From contig CAVRCI010000013.1 in assembly GCA_963719495.1 (NCBI GenBank), positions 128,001 through 192,000 of the forward strand: a stretch of DNA of 64,000 nucleotides, written 5' to 3'. Shown in pieces: positions 57,501-64,000 of the stretch. The notes beneath the pieces are model-generated. The model saw only the letters and a program-made list of their open reading frames with translations, was not told the origin of the DNA and searched no databases. Each line of letters opens with the position of its first letter. Position 1 is the stretch's first letter. Source of the DNA: an uncultured Verrucomicrobiae bacterium (lineage in GTDB: Bacteria > Verrucomicrobiota > Verrucomicrobiia > Chthoniobacterales > JAATET01). The position numbers and the translations under genes are program-made.

Positions 57501-60438
57501 ACTCGAGACGGTCGTCCACCAGCAAGCCCGCCGTGCTCAGGCGAGTGCCCCGCGCCAGCGTGAAGATGCCCGCCGTCGGATCGACGTCCGGCTGGGCGAA
57601 GTCCGGAGACGCCGGATCCGCGAGCAGGATCGTCGCATCGTAGGTCGACGCGTTGTAGGCGGTGAAATTCAGACTTCCGCCCGGAGCCGTGATGTCGCCC
57701 GCCAGCGTGATATTGCGGCCCAGCAAGGTGAGCGAACCTCCCACCGGACCCACGATCGCCTCGCCGCGTGGGACGATCACGTCGCCGTCGCGATTATCCA
57801 CCGTCACCGAGCCGAAGCCCGCGTCGCTCAGCAACTCAGGTGACAAAATGACCGTTTCCTGCCGGTCCGACCGCAGCGAGATTTGAAACGACCCGTCCGT
57901 GTCGACAAACGGGTTGTCGTCGGGATCAAGCAGGAAGGGCGTGCCGTTCCGGGTGAGCGACAGCGGCTTGCCGTCGGCATCCACGGCGAAGGCGTCCGCC
58001 GCGGCCAGGTTTGAGTTCCGCTGGAAGACCACCGTCGGCGGCGTCGGCGAGATGAAAGGTTCCAGGATGCCCACCAGATCCGTCGGATCCTGCGAGCGGA
58101 AGGTCAGCTCGAGCTGTCCCGCCGTCGGGAGAACGGAGTCGCCCTGCGCGTCGCGGAGCTGGCGCGGCCCGATCACGGTCCGGCCCGCCAATTTTCCATC
58201 GAGCGCCATCGCCGGGGCCGTGATCGCGATCCGACCGGCGTCGGAACCCTCGATGTAGGCCTGATCGAAGAATTCTCCGTCGAACGTGAGCGGACGGCGG
58301 AAGGTCCGCGTGATGCCGTATTTTTCGTTCGTCGTCGTCGTCGTGTCCGAGAAGAAGCCGTCGTAGACCCGATCCGGCGTCGCGTCGGCGATGTCGATCA
58401 CTTGCCCGCCGACGAGCAGCCGCGTCGTGCGCACGAACCCACCTTCGTTCTGGAAAAACCCGCCCGACGTGTCGACCGTCGACCCGGCTTCGAGCACCAC
58501 GGAATCCCCCGCGTTCATTGTCACCGACCCGCCGAGCGTCGTGAGCTGCCCGGCGTTCCGTTGGATCAACCCGACGAAGCCCGCCGCGTCCCCCAGCGGC
58601 GTGCCAACGAAAAATTTTCCGTTGAAAACCCCGTTCCGCCGCACGTCGATCCGCAGGTCGATCCCCCGCAGGAACGAGTCCCGCTGCAAGGGCGAGTCGG
58701 CCAGCTCCGCGCCGCGCAACTGCACGTCGAGGATGGATTGCGAAAGCGGCACGAACGCATCGGGCGTGCCCGCCACGTCGATGAACGCATCCCGCGCGGC
58801 CTGAATCCGCCCGCCGAAGAAGACAAATCTCGACTGCGGAGCGAAGTCCGACGGCACGAACTTGAAAGTCCCCGCGTTCAGCGTCACGTCGGCGTTGGGC
58901 GCCAGCATCATCGAGCCACGCTCGAAATTGATCCCCTGACCCTGCGCGTTGATCTGGGAGCGCAGGGTCAATTCCGTTCCGACCACCATCTCGTCGCTGT
59001 CCAGCTCCGGCAGGATCCGGGTCACACTGTCCTCGCCGAAGCGAATCGTTCCCGTCGAGCGATAGAGCACCGGCGGGTTGCTGGCGACACTCGCCGGGTC
59101 GAAATTCGGATTGATCAGACCGTCGTAATTCGATTGCAGGTCGATGCGCCCGTTGAATGACACCGAAGTCGAACTATCGATGACCGCGAGCTGATTCACC
59201 TGGCGGCCCGCGATCGTCACGTTGCCGCGAGGTGCGGTGATCAACCCAAGGTTCGTTGCCGCCCCGCCAGTCGGCAAAGCCGAATCCACCGCGCTTGAGA
59301 CCGCGCCGATGAACACGTCGAGTCCGCGGAGGCTCGGATCCGCCGCGTCGTGTCCCGCGATCCCGACCTGCAGTCCCGCCGCCAGGATCGTCTGGCCATC
59401 CTCGGTCGATATCGTCCCGGCGTTCTCGACGTTCGGGCCGACCAGCATGACCCGGCCACCGACGTTGTCCGCCGAGGTCGGACTCTTGATCCGCGCGCCG
59501 GCCCGCACTTCGACGTCCCCGGGACGACCGTCCGCCGTGAGCGGAGTCGCGGGATTGAACGCCGGCGTCCCCTTGCTCCCCGCCTCGAGCGGGATGGAGG
59601 AAAAAAGGAACTGCGCGTCGGGATTGTTCAGAAGTCCGCGCTGGACCAGTCCGTCGTTGATCGGCAGCGACGAGGCGACCAGCGTGTGCGTGTTCACCTG
59701 ACTCGTCCCGCCGAAGATGATGCCGTTCTGGTTGATGACGTAAACCTGACCTTCCGCGCGGATCGATCCGAGGATTTGGCTGGGTGCACCCGACGGATCG
59801 AGGATGCGGTTGAAGGCGATCCAATTCGTGACGTTGTCGCCAGCCTTCCGCTGATTGAAAAACACGGTCGTTTTTTTCCCAACGTTAAAGGTCTTCCACG
59901 TCAGTAACGCCTGCGGGTCGGTCTGCTTGATGGTGACGATGGTCTCGCCGTCCTTCGTCCGCTTCTGGGTCGGTAATTTTGCGCCGGTGTAGAGTTCGGG
60001 ATCCTCGCCGTCCTCCGGGCGACGGAGATTTTTCGGCACGCCGGGTGCCAGGTTCAACCCATTCTCCTTGAGACCGTTCGGCACGTTCTTCAGCCGCGGT
60101 GTGCCGAGGCGCTGATTCAGCCCGTTGGGCAGCGGAATGCGCTGGAAGTTCGGGTTCCTCCCGAGGTTGTTGCCCTTCTTCGCCGCGGCCGCTGCCCGGG
60201 CCGCCGCCTGCATCTGCTTGACGGACTGCATCGCCTGCGTCGTCCGCGAGAGTCGGTCCTTCGCGTTCTGCCGGGCGGCGGCCGCCGCGGCGTCACCCGC
60301 TCCGGCCGTGCCGTCCGCCGGATTCCGACGCGACGCCTGGCCACTCGCGCCGCCGCGCAGCAGATCGCCGCCAAACGCCGACGCGCCCGCCAGCACCAGG
60401 CAGGCGAGCAATCGAACGGCGAGGACCCGGCGGAGCAT
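48595..60438 (-). CDS. Giant filamentous-haemagglutinin-family (TpsA-like) exoprotein with C-terminal DUF3739-like domain, 3947 aa
   Basis: Signal peptide, TPS domain (LTWKTFNVG, NRILDPSG.PSQILG, VYVINQNGIIFG), beta-helix repeats and C-terminal WSSTGDIAAG..VDAGDAGIRATGNL. Confidence 0.92.
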   Translation of the reverse strand: MLRRVLAVRLLACLVLAGASAFGGDLLRGGASGQASRRNPADGTAGAGDAAAAAARQNAKDRLSRTTQAMQSVKQMQAAARAAAAAKKGNNLGRNPNFQRIPLPNGLNQRLGTPRLKNVPNGLKENGLNLAPGVPKNLRRPEDGEDPELYTGAKLPTQKRTKDGETIVTIKQTDPQALLTWKTFNVGKKTTVFFNQRKAGDNVTNWIAFNRILDPSGAPSQILGSIRAEGQVYVINQNGIIFGGTSQVNTHTLVASSLPINDGLVQRGLLNNPDAQFLFSSIPLEAGSKGTPAFNPATPLTADGRPGDVEVRAGARIKSPTSADNVGGRVMLVGPNVENAGTISTEDGQTILAAGLQVGIAGHDAADPSLRGLDVFIGAVSSAVDSALPTGGAATNLGLITAPRGNVTIAGRQVNQLAVIDSSTSVSFNGRIDLQSNYDGLINPNFDPASVASNPPVLYRSTGTIRFGEDSVTRILPELDSDEMVVGTELTLRSQINAQGQGINFERGSMMLAPNADVTLNAGTFKFVPSDFAPQSRFVFFGGRIQAARDAFIDVAGTPDAFVPLSQSILDVQLRGAELADSPLQRDSFLRGIDLRIDVRRNGVFNGKFFVGTPLGDAAGFVGLIQRNAGQLTTLGGSVTMNAGDSVVLEAGSTVDTSGGFFQNEGGFVRTTRLLVGGQVIDIADATPDRVYDGFFSDTTTTTNEKYGITRTFRRPLTFDGEFFDQAYIEGSDAGRIAITAPAMALDGKLAGRTVIGPRQLRDAQGDSVLPTAGQLELTFRSQDPTDLVGILEPFISPTPPTVVFQRNSNLAAADAFAVDADGKPLSLTRNGTPFLLDPDDNPFVDTDGSFQISLRSDRQETVILSPELLSDAGFGSVTVDNRDGDVIVPRGEAIVGPVGGSLTLLGRNITLAGDITAPGGSLNFTAYNASTYDATILLADPASPDFAQPDVDPTAGIFTLARGTRLSTAGLLVDDRLESASRRSLPLRTDGGEILIEAFTARMRGGSVVDVSGGLVVNADADIDYGDAGRIAILAGRDPNLTGVTGGDLRLGGELLGFSGAKGGALELRSTLVRVGREPRRPGKLVLDPSFFDEGGFGSFSLAGIGVDATFTIGNFGTFSLEDFVRDRDPDKPIVYRPAVVIAAGTELAPVAQNLQAFAVRDEPVRVQRQVDRLSDRTPVSLAFTALGARDTFLQSLSVRGDLVMGAGASIRTDPGASVSLKGDTIVVRGGITAPGGTITVDGADSLPSRDAAPTEAFATVFIAPGARLSTEGTAIRTFNAFGNRTGFVLPGGTINLSGNVYAAAGSVLDVSGARTTIDVAPAVLGLNSRLGRGPVDGPLIPQTSGLNSPLFAFRTVPVQLDSDAGTINLEGGELLFVDSTLIGRRGGPTALGGEVNVSSGRFYDANDLERLPTDVTLQVSQSDRAIPAFDPNAVFSPIVFLRSDDRKVIGNPVRDGNGNKLDAFGRFTADRFQEGGFESLTLDGTVEFRGDVRLDAGRRITVASGGVIYADGDVDLRAPYVEIGTPFAPPVRADDALATSVFNSLGSPFFFAPTTGSGKLTVRGRVIDIGNLSLQTIRRASFIAEGGDIRGNGTLSIAGRIVMNANQIYPTTGADFNIFAYDFVGRDRNVIPTEFVIPPDQPRLPLPSRVVAKEGLIQFFASGTSPLPLSAGGSLNAYATVIEQGGNLRAPIGSISLGFDGTGTVPVDLLTGNTLPVPVTRRLVLGRGSTTSTSAVDPLTGEALLIPYGLNVNDTSFFDPAGFDITAGGVPTKSVRVGASSLATARDSLIDLRGGGDLFAYRFVAGQGGSVDLLGTAPGAWSAGQDYEAGDLVTFDGITFSARQDSMGVAPEPNLFWTAVPERFAVVPEFQGEVAPFAPFSRSTNAPDIASDPGYLSRTLSAGDRVFLNASSALPEGDYTLLPPRYALLPGAVLVTPRSTDPRLETLAQPDGTRLVSGYRYNGLNRDRDVPTVFSSFEVLDRGNVLNRAEYRLLTANRFLSNRARALEVDVPRLPIDAGRLVLQGLDRLVVRGGVLGSAPMGGRGARIDISTPLNILVTGRGIDTATAEFPPDLFGVGTFGQPETAVARIRASLLNSFDAESLFLGGERIDVANGTFVRTLSSGIFLDNAGTPLVGPEIVLSANRLITLAPGSSVIQRGSLGGEADRLLLRRDGVLVRVSSDFDATTLRTGVTPSREPSLFVGRGSVISGTSVLLDSTYSTTLARRAVIEGESIGLNSGQITVALRKPGKIEPTVGLILRGRLLRQLGDARSLSLLSYSTFDVYGSGQFRGGDFLSINAGEIRSFQTGKRPARFFADSVLLGNAGNVTVPEPAAAVEGEVPEPPRGGLAFTGRTIELAANDLAFRDFATLEFTADRRLRFTGEGALTTDGTLTVTTPSISGGRSAIRTITAAGDVALLAAGGKARPGSGGLGANLSITGTSVRADSAISLPSGLLTLRATEGDVTVGGRLDVSGRRISIYDIVRFTDAGNVSLISDRGSVLLGEDSVIDVSSDPRRGDAGRIAVEAGLGDFVAGGTLLGGGSRRGASGSFQLDVSEIENLGGLDEVLNIANFNALRDYRIRSGDVRIDGEAKAAVYRLATDAGSIRVAGRIDASGVTGGRIELKASGSVVLADGAVLDASGKKFDAAGKGGSVLLEAGSQIDGVIDETGQIEILRGSLINLRVAQARENSQEDRGWFTGTLHLRAPRTAAGDDLAIAAIAGEIRGASSVIAEGYRLYDLTGVGEEITTGLRNTINSDAATFLGAAGTESANYGAMRTRLVGDDGALGSILTIRPGVEIVNRTGDLRLGSEFSPQNNDWNLATFRFGPRSVPGILTLRASEDLVFFNTLSDGFFTSAFNSRLVERNPEVPLNAQSWSYRLAAGADFTAADFSRVLALGLLAADKGSFKIGKPTGTGAAFPSGSNASTRNTIPRSFQVIRTGSGDIDIVAGRDIQLLNQIASIYTVGTQVADATLGGTYDVPFLNANGGQFFLGAVQQNPGYQPQFTMGGGDVTLEAGRDIARYRLDFDGVTLLTDSSRQLPINWLYRVGFVDPETGAFGAGRFDGPTFPQILSTSWWVDFSNFFEGVGALGGGNVSLLAGNNVTNVDAVVPTNARSPKGIPNADALVELGGGDLTVRAGNAIDGGVYYVERGRGLLDAGSEIRTNSSRSPSVGVFANQAPLDELTWLPTTLFLGKGSFDVRARGDILLGPVANPFLLPGGYNNTYWYKSYFSTYDPKSAVDVTSLGGSVTLRESVVLPTVGAGGSTPTLLAWFQNVLVFDAQRTTASTFQPWLRLNETSVASFSTVVGLKPPTLRVTAFSGDINVAGDLTLAPAPNGTLELIAGGAINGLQPQGVTTVNGAPVVGFGSSRIIVSDADPANVPGIESPFAYQSLVGTTGLARQSGDDFLFFVNALFAETGAPTLDLQTRQALHSSDLLHRDDPDPVRLYASNGSISGLTLFSPKVTRIFAGRDITDVSFYLQQTSETDTTVISAGRDILLYNANSPGRSAAVASGNQLNLGEVPLAGDIQLGGPGVLEILAGRDLDLGTGENNADGTGVGITTLGNSRNAALPFTGSSVIAIAGLRETAEGLAGSNLDFDAFIEAFLFEDVDDPTATTAAGGLGGLGGLGDLTLEEFLALPNVRRNQLALDVFYDVLRTTGRRAVDPASPTFQNYDRGFEAIDALFNGRYRGELLTRARDVRTRSGGGIQLLAPGGGLTLANSTLGAALVPPGIVTESGGDISVFTDDSVDIGIGRIFTLRGGNQIIWSSTGDIAAGSSAKTVQSAPPTRVLLDPSSADVQTDLAGLATGGGIGVLATVRGIPPGDVDLIAPVGVVDAGDAGIRATGNLTVAATEFRNAGNSVAGGTTTGAPAPAVVSAPNVGGLTSAAGTAGAAQSSADDAAGNFQPTAAPREEAPSIFVVEVVGYGGGAVSASSEPTPTPEPAAR

Positions 60439-60451
60439 CGAAAAAGGGCGG

Positions 60452-61342
60452 TTAGTTCTTCGGCAGCAACTCGCCGAGTTTCATCTCGTTGATCGCGACC
60501 GGGTTCACCTGCAGCAGCTGCGCGACGTATTCCTGGCTGTTCTGCTCGGCCTTCGCCTGCCGCATCCGCTGGACGAGGGCGTCCCGCACCTCCGCGAGGT
60601 CGGGGGTGTAGGCCGGCTTGGTCTCAAGCACTTTGACGATGTGAAAACCATCCTCGAGCTGGATGGCGGGCGACACTTTTCCGGCGTCGAGCTGCCCGAT
60701 CTCATCGCGAATCCCGGGCTGGATCTGCGCTTCGGTGAGCCAGCCGATCTCACCACCCTTCGCGGCACTCTGCGGCTCTTCGCTGCGGGCCTTGGCGATG
60801 GCGGAGAAATCCGAACCCGATTTCCCCAGGCTGGTTTGGATCTCATCGATCTTCACCTTCGCCACGGCGGTCGCCTCCTGGTCGGCGTCCCGCGGCAGCG
60901 CCACGAAGATCTGCGCGAGTCGGACCTGATCCGGCACCTTCAACGCGGATTGGTTTTCGTTGTAGGCGGCCTCGACTTCGGCGTCGCTCGGGTAGTCCTT
61001 CGCGGGTTCCGCCTTGGCTTCGAGGTAAGCTTGCGTGATGGCCCTTTCACGCAATTGCGCCAGCTCTGCCGCGATCTTGGGCGTGTCGGCGAATTCCTCC
61101 TTTGTCGCGGTCTGGAGAACGAGCTGCTGGACGACGAGCGAACGGACGAACTGGTTGAGCAACGCCGGATTTGCGGCGAGAGCCTGCTTCTCCTGGTCGC
61201 TCAGCGCCTCGATGCGCGGCTGGAGGTCGTCGACGGTGATCTCGACGTCGCCGGCTCGGGCGACCGGGTCGGCGGCGTGAAGGGAAACGGAACCCGCGAT
61301 CAGGATCGCGGCGGTCAGGTGGGTGTGGATACGGATTTTCAT
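60452..61342 (-). CDS. PpiC/parvulin-type peptidyl-prolyl isomerase (periplasmic chaperone)
   Basis: VRLAQIFV, FSAIAKARSE, GGEIGW and GFHIVKV motifs, with a signal peptide. Confidence 0.9.
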   Translation of the reverse strand: MKIRIHTHLTAAILIAGSVSLHAADPVARAGDVEITVDDLQPRIEALSDQEKQALAANPALLNQFVRSLVVQQLVLQTATKEEFADTPKIAAELAQLRERAITQAYLEAKAEPAKDYPSDAEVEAAYNENQSALKVPDQVRLAQIFVALPRDADQEATAVAKVKIDEIQTSLGKSGSDFSAIAKARSEEPQSAAKGGEIGWLTEAQIQPGIRDEIGQLDAGKVSPAIQLEDGFHIVKVLETKPAYTPDLAEVRDALVQRMRQAKAEQNSQEYVAQLLQVNPVAINEMKLGELLPKN

Positions 61343-62196
61343 TGTCTGATCTTTTGTTCGGCGAGGTCGTCGCCGTAGTCCTGCATGAGGTTTTGAAACT
61401 TCACCCGCGTCGTGCCGACGAAGGGCTCGCGGGTCGTGATCGCGTCGCCGAGACCGAAGCCTTCGTAGCGGTCGAGGATCTCTTTCCCGACCGCGTAGAG
61501 CTTCCGGTTCGTCGCGGCGTATTCGTCGTTGGTGCGCTGGAGCAGGATCGCCTTCGCGGCGAGCTCCGCCCGCTTGGCCTCGGTCGCCTTCGCGTAGTCG
61601 GTGAGCTGGCCGTAGGATTTCTTCCACTTCGCCAAGGCCTGGATTTGGACGGCGTTCCGAGTGTCCTGCTCGGCGACTTCCTTCTCGAGGACGGCGATCC
61701 GCTCGGCGGCGATCTCGCTGTCTTCGGTCGATTTTTTCTCGAGCTTCGCGAGCTTGGATTCAAGGGATTTGATCTGATTCTCGTTCTGAAGCTGCGTTCC
61801 CTGGAGCGCCGCGATCTGACCCTGCGCGTCGCGCAGCTGGACGAGGGTGCTCTTCAACTGGTCGCGGAGCTGGACCTCGGCCTCGGTCGGCCCCTCCTGC
61901 GCGAAACCAACCGTCACGCAGGCAAGCGCCAAGAAGATCGCGGCGCCCCGCCGACACGATCCCGAAGGGATCCCACCCCCAGCAGGTCGGGGTTGAAAAC
62001 CCCGGCATTCGACCACCCAACGGCATCGATCCCGGAGGGATCGCACCCACTCGGATAAAAGCACGGCTGCGATCCCTCCGGGATCGATGCTGCTCCCGCG
62101 GGCCGATCCGGGGGTCTTCGACCCCCGGCTGCTGACGCTGGGATCCCTTCGGGATCGCGTCCCGCCGGTCGGTATTTGCGTTGCAATTTGGTTCAT
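61339..62196 (-). CDS. Secreted coiled-coil protein with an in-frame palindromic insertion in its N-terminus
   Basis: Heptad-rich body ending NRKLY..EILDRYE..EPFVG..RVKFQN. Stop overlaps the PPIase ATG. Confidence 0.75.
   Translation of the reverse strand: MNQIATQIPTGGTRSRRDPSVSSRGSKTPGSARGSSIDPGGIAAVLLSEWVRSLRDRCRWVVECRGFQPRPAGGGIPSGSCRRGAAIFLALACVTVGFAQEGPTEAEVQLRDQLKSTLVQLRDAQGQIAALQGTQLQNENQIKSLESKLAKLEKKSTEDSEIAAERIAVLEKEVAEQDTRNAVQIQALAKWKKSYGQLTDYAKATEAKRAELAAKAILLQRTNDEYAATNRKLYAVGKEILDRYEGFGLGDAITTREPFVGTTRVKFQNLMQDYGDDLAEQKIRQ
61957..62157. mobile_element. 201-bp nested palindromic element (REP/MITE-like)
   Basis: Perfect 19-bp terminal IR (61957-61975 / 62139-62157) and perfect 23-bp inner IR (62023-62045 / 62068-62090), with two small hairpins between them. 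Confidence 0.8.
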
Positions 62197-62199
62197 GAG

Positions 62200-64000
62200 T
62201 TAGAATTTGGCGTTGAGATCGAGTTGGAAGCGGTCTTCTCGGAGCCGCGGGCCGGCGATGCTTTCGCCGCTCAGGTAGCTGGCCGTGAACCACACGTTCT
62301 TGGACAGCGCGACGCTGCCGCTCACGGTGTAGCCCTTGAGATTCGTGCCGCCGCCGCCGAAGTTCGAGTCGTTGAATCCATCGACGACCGAGTCAGACTC
62401 GACGTAGCGGTAGCCAAACGCGACGCCCCAGTCCCACCGCTTGGCCAGCTTGGCCGTGCCGACCTCGACGCCCACGATCCACGCGTTCCCGCCGCCGATG
62501 AAGTCGCCGACGTCCGACAGATCGTCCGGGTCGATGTCCCCTCGATTGTTCACCGCGATGTCGTTGATCGCTCCCTGGTCGAACGCCAGGTTCTTGACGT
62601 AGTCGCCAAAGACGGAGATCACGACCGGCTCGAAATAGGTGAGACTCAGCCGACCCGCGAAAGCGAGATTCTGAAACTCGGTCGCGAGTCCGTAATATTG
62701 AAACTGGTTGATGGTCCCGAAGTTGTTCGCTTCGGTCGGAATGATGTTGCGGATCGGGCGGTAGGTGTTGCCCTTCTGCGCGAACATCGGGCGGCTGTTG
62801 TCGGTGCTCCCGGCGTCGTTCGAATCGAGCGGCACGTAGGGGTCCGAGAGTTGGCCCTCGATGTTGTCGAAATAAAAGTAACCGAGCGCCGTCGTCACGT
62901 TCACGTGCTTCGTGACATCCCAATCGAGGCCGCCCTGGATCGCGTAGAGGTATTTGTCGTAGCTCTCGATTTTGTCGGGCGAGTTGCTGGGGAAATCGAA
63001 CGCGGTGTTGAAGATGGGAAATAGACCCGTCGTGAAAAACGGCGTGAGCCCGAAGCCGACGTCATACCGGGCGCTGGCCGCGATCCCGTCGAACGCGATG
63101 TCGTTGTCCCACATGATCTGCGACGTCCGGAAGAACGGGTTATCGAAACGCCCAACCTCGATCCCGATGCTGCGGTCGGGTCCCTGCGTCAGCTCGTATT
63201 TGATGAACGCGCGGTCGATCCAGATCGAATACTTTTGGAAGTTCCCGTCGGGCGATCCGAGAGTCTGGTTCGCCGACACGGGGGAATTGCTGTTGCCGGA
63301 CGCCAACCGGAATCCGGTGGTGAAGCCGTCGCCCAGCTGGATCTCCGCGCCGAGCCGCAACCGAATCCGCAGACGACTGCGGTTGTCGCTCACGTTCAAC
63401 TGCGGGGAAAATTCGTCGCCCGTCACGTCGAACGGCGCGCCACTGTTGATCGCGTCGAAGTTCGGAAACACGCCCGAATCATCGTTCCCGCTCGGAAAAC
63501 GAACGCCCTCGTAGCGGAACCGCACGTCCGCGAAGGGCCGCACGTCGCGCACCCAGCTCGGCAGAAAGGAGTCATCCGCGAGCAGCTCGGCCTTCGTCGC
63601 CGCCAGCACGTCTTCCTTGATCTCATCGCGGATCTGATTTCGCACGAAGCTTGGCACGTAGGTCACCCGCACCGATTCCTCGTCCAGGGGCGGGGGCGTG
63701 TTCGCGATGAGCGTCTCCGCGGCGGCGTTCGTCTCCGAGATCGCCTGCGTCGCGAGGGCGTCCTTCGTCCGCGCGATCTCGGCGTCCATCTCGGCCTGCG
63801 CGATCAACTCGGCGGCGTCCTCGCGGGTGAGGATGCCTTTCTCGACCAGGCGGTTGATCAGATTAATCGTCACGCTGTGCGACGGCGACGGGAGATCGTT
63901 CACGTCGAGCGGCCGCTCGGGCTCGAAGTCGGGCGGCGTCAGCAAATCGGGAGCCGCCGCGAGGTCGTAATCCCCGTCGCCCATCGGCAGCGCCTCGGCG
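62200..64000 (-). CDS. Putative porin (outer-membrane beta-barrel), 5'-truncated
   Basis: NLINRLVEKGILT N-domain, DVRFRYE, RLRIRLRLG, GGTNLKGY and terminal DLNAKF. Frame is open to the window edge. Confidence 0.88.
   Translation of the reverse strand, partial: AEALPMGDGDYDLAAAPDLLTPPDFEPERPLDVNDLPSPSHSVTINLINRLVEKGILTREDAAELIAQAEMDAEIARTKDALATQAISETNAAAETLIANTPPPLDEESVRVTYVPSFVRNQIRDEIKEDVLAATKAELLADDSFLPSWVRDVRPFADVRFRYEGVRFPSGNDDSGVFPNFDAINSGAPFDVTGDEFSPQLNVSDNRSRLRIRLRLGAEIQLGDGFTTGFRLASGNSNSPVSANQTLGSPDGNFQKYSIWIDRAFIKYELTQGPDRSIGIEVGRFDNPFFRTSQIMWDNDIAFDGIAASARYDVGFGLTPFFTTGLFPIFNTAFDFPSNSPDKIESYDKYLYAIQGGLDWDVTKHVNVTTALGYFYFDNIEGQLSDPYVPLDSNDAGSTDNSRPMFAQKGNTYRPIRNIIPTEANNFGTINQFQYYGLATEFQNLAFAGRLSLTYFEPVVISVFGDYVKNLAFDQGAINDIAVNNRGDIDPDDLSDVGDFIGGGNAWIVGVEVGTAKLAKRWDWGVAFGYRYVESDSVVDGFNDSNFGGGGTNLKGYTVSGSVALSKNVWFTASYLSGESIAGPRLREDRFQLDLNAKF

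Overview
GC-rich bacterial chromosome segment, most likely from a Verrucomicrobia (PVC) genome. This is inferred from two PEP-CTERM proteins, a prepilin/H-X9-DG protein and PVC-style short-repeat hairpins. In order it holds: (1) a carbohydrate island at 1-12.7 kb with a GH99/WbsX-like protein, a TIM-barrel hypothetical, two secreted hypotheticals, an SGNH hydrolase, a pilin-like H-X9-DG protein, a PEP-CTERM protein and a GPH sugar symporter, where three promoters share one operator-like 14-mer; (2) a lipid A operon (NUDIX-lpxI-GnnA-like-lpxB-HIT) and slyD; (3) a binding protein plus hybrid kinase pair; (4) a compositionally foreign cassette of DNA adenine methylase + ParB-like protein + PD-(D/E)XK nuclease directly downstream of comM, the best candidate for an undescribed defence system; (5) DUF3300, DUF1206, CIA30 and a DUF2071 gene bracketed by two near-identical 114-bp REPIN-like hairpins; (6) an SBP-OmpA/vWA/SBP-OmpA operon with no transporter; (7) 2-oxoacid dehydrogenase E1a/E1b/E2; (8) leuC-traB/gumN-leuD; (9) the distal part of a two-partner-secretion-like locus (porin, coiled-coil protein, PPIase, 3947-aa FHA/DUF3739 protein, Sel1 protein). 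I saw no rRNA, tRNA, CRISPR array, integrase or transposase. Family calls come from motifs recognised by eye, not from database searches.
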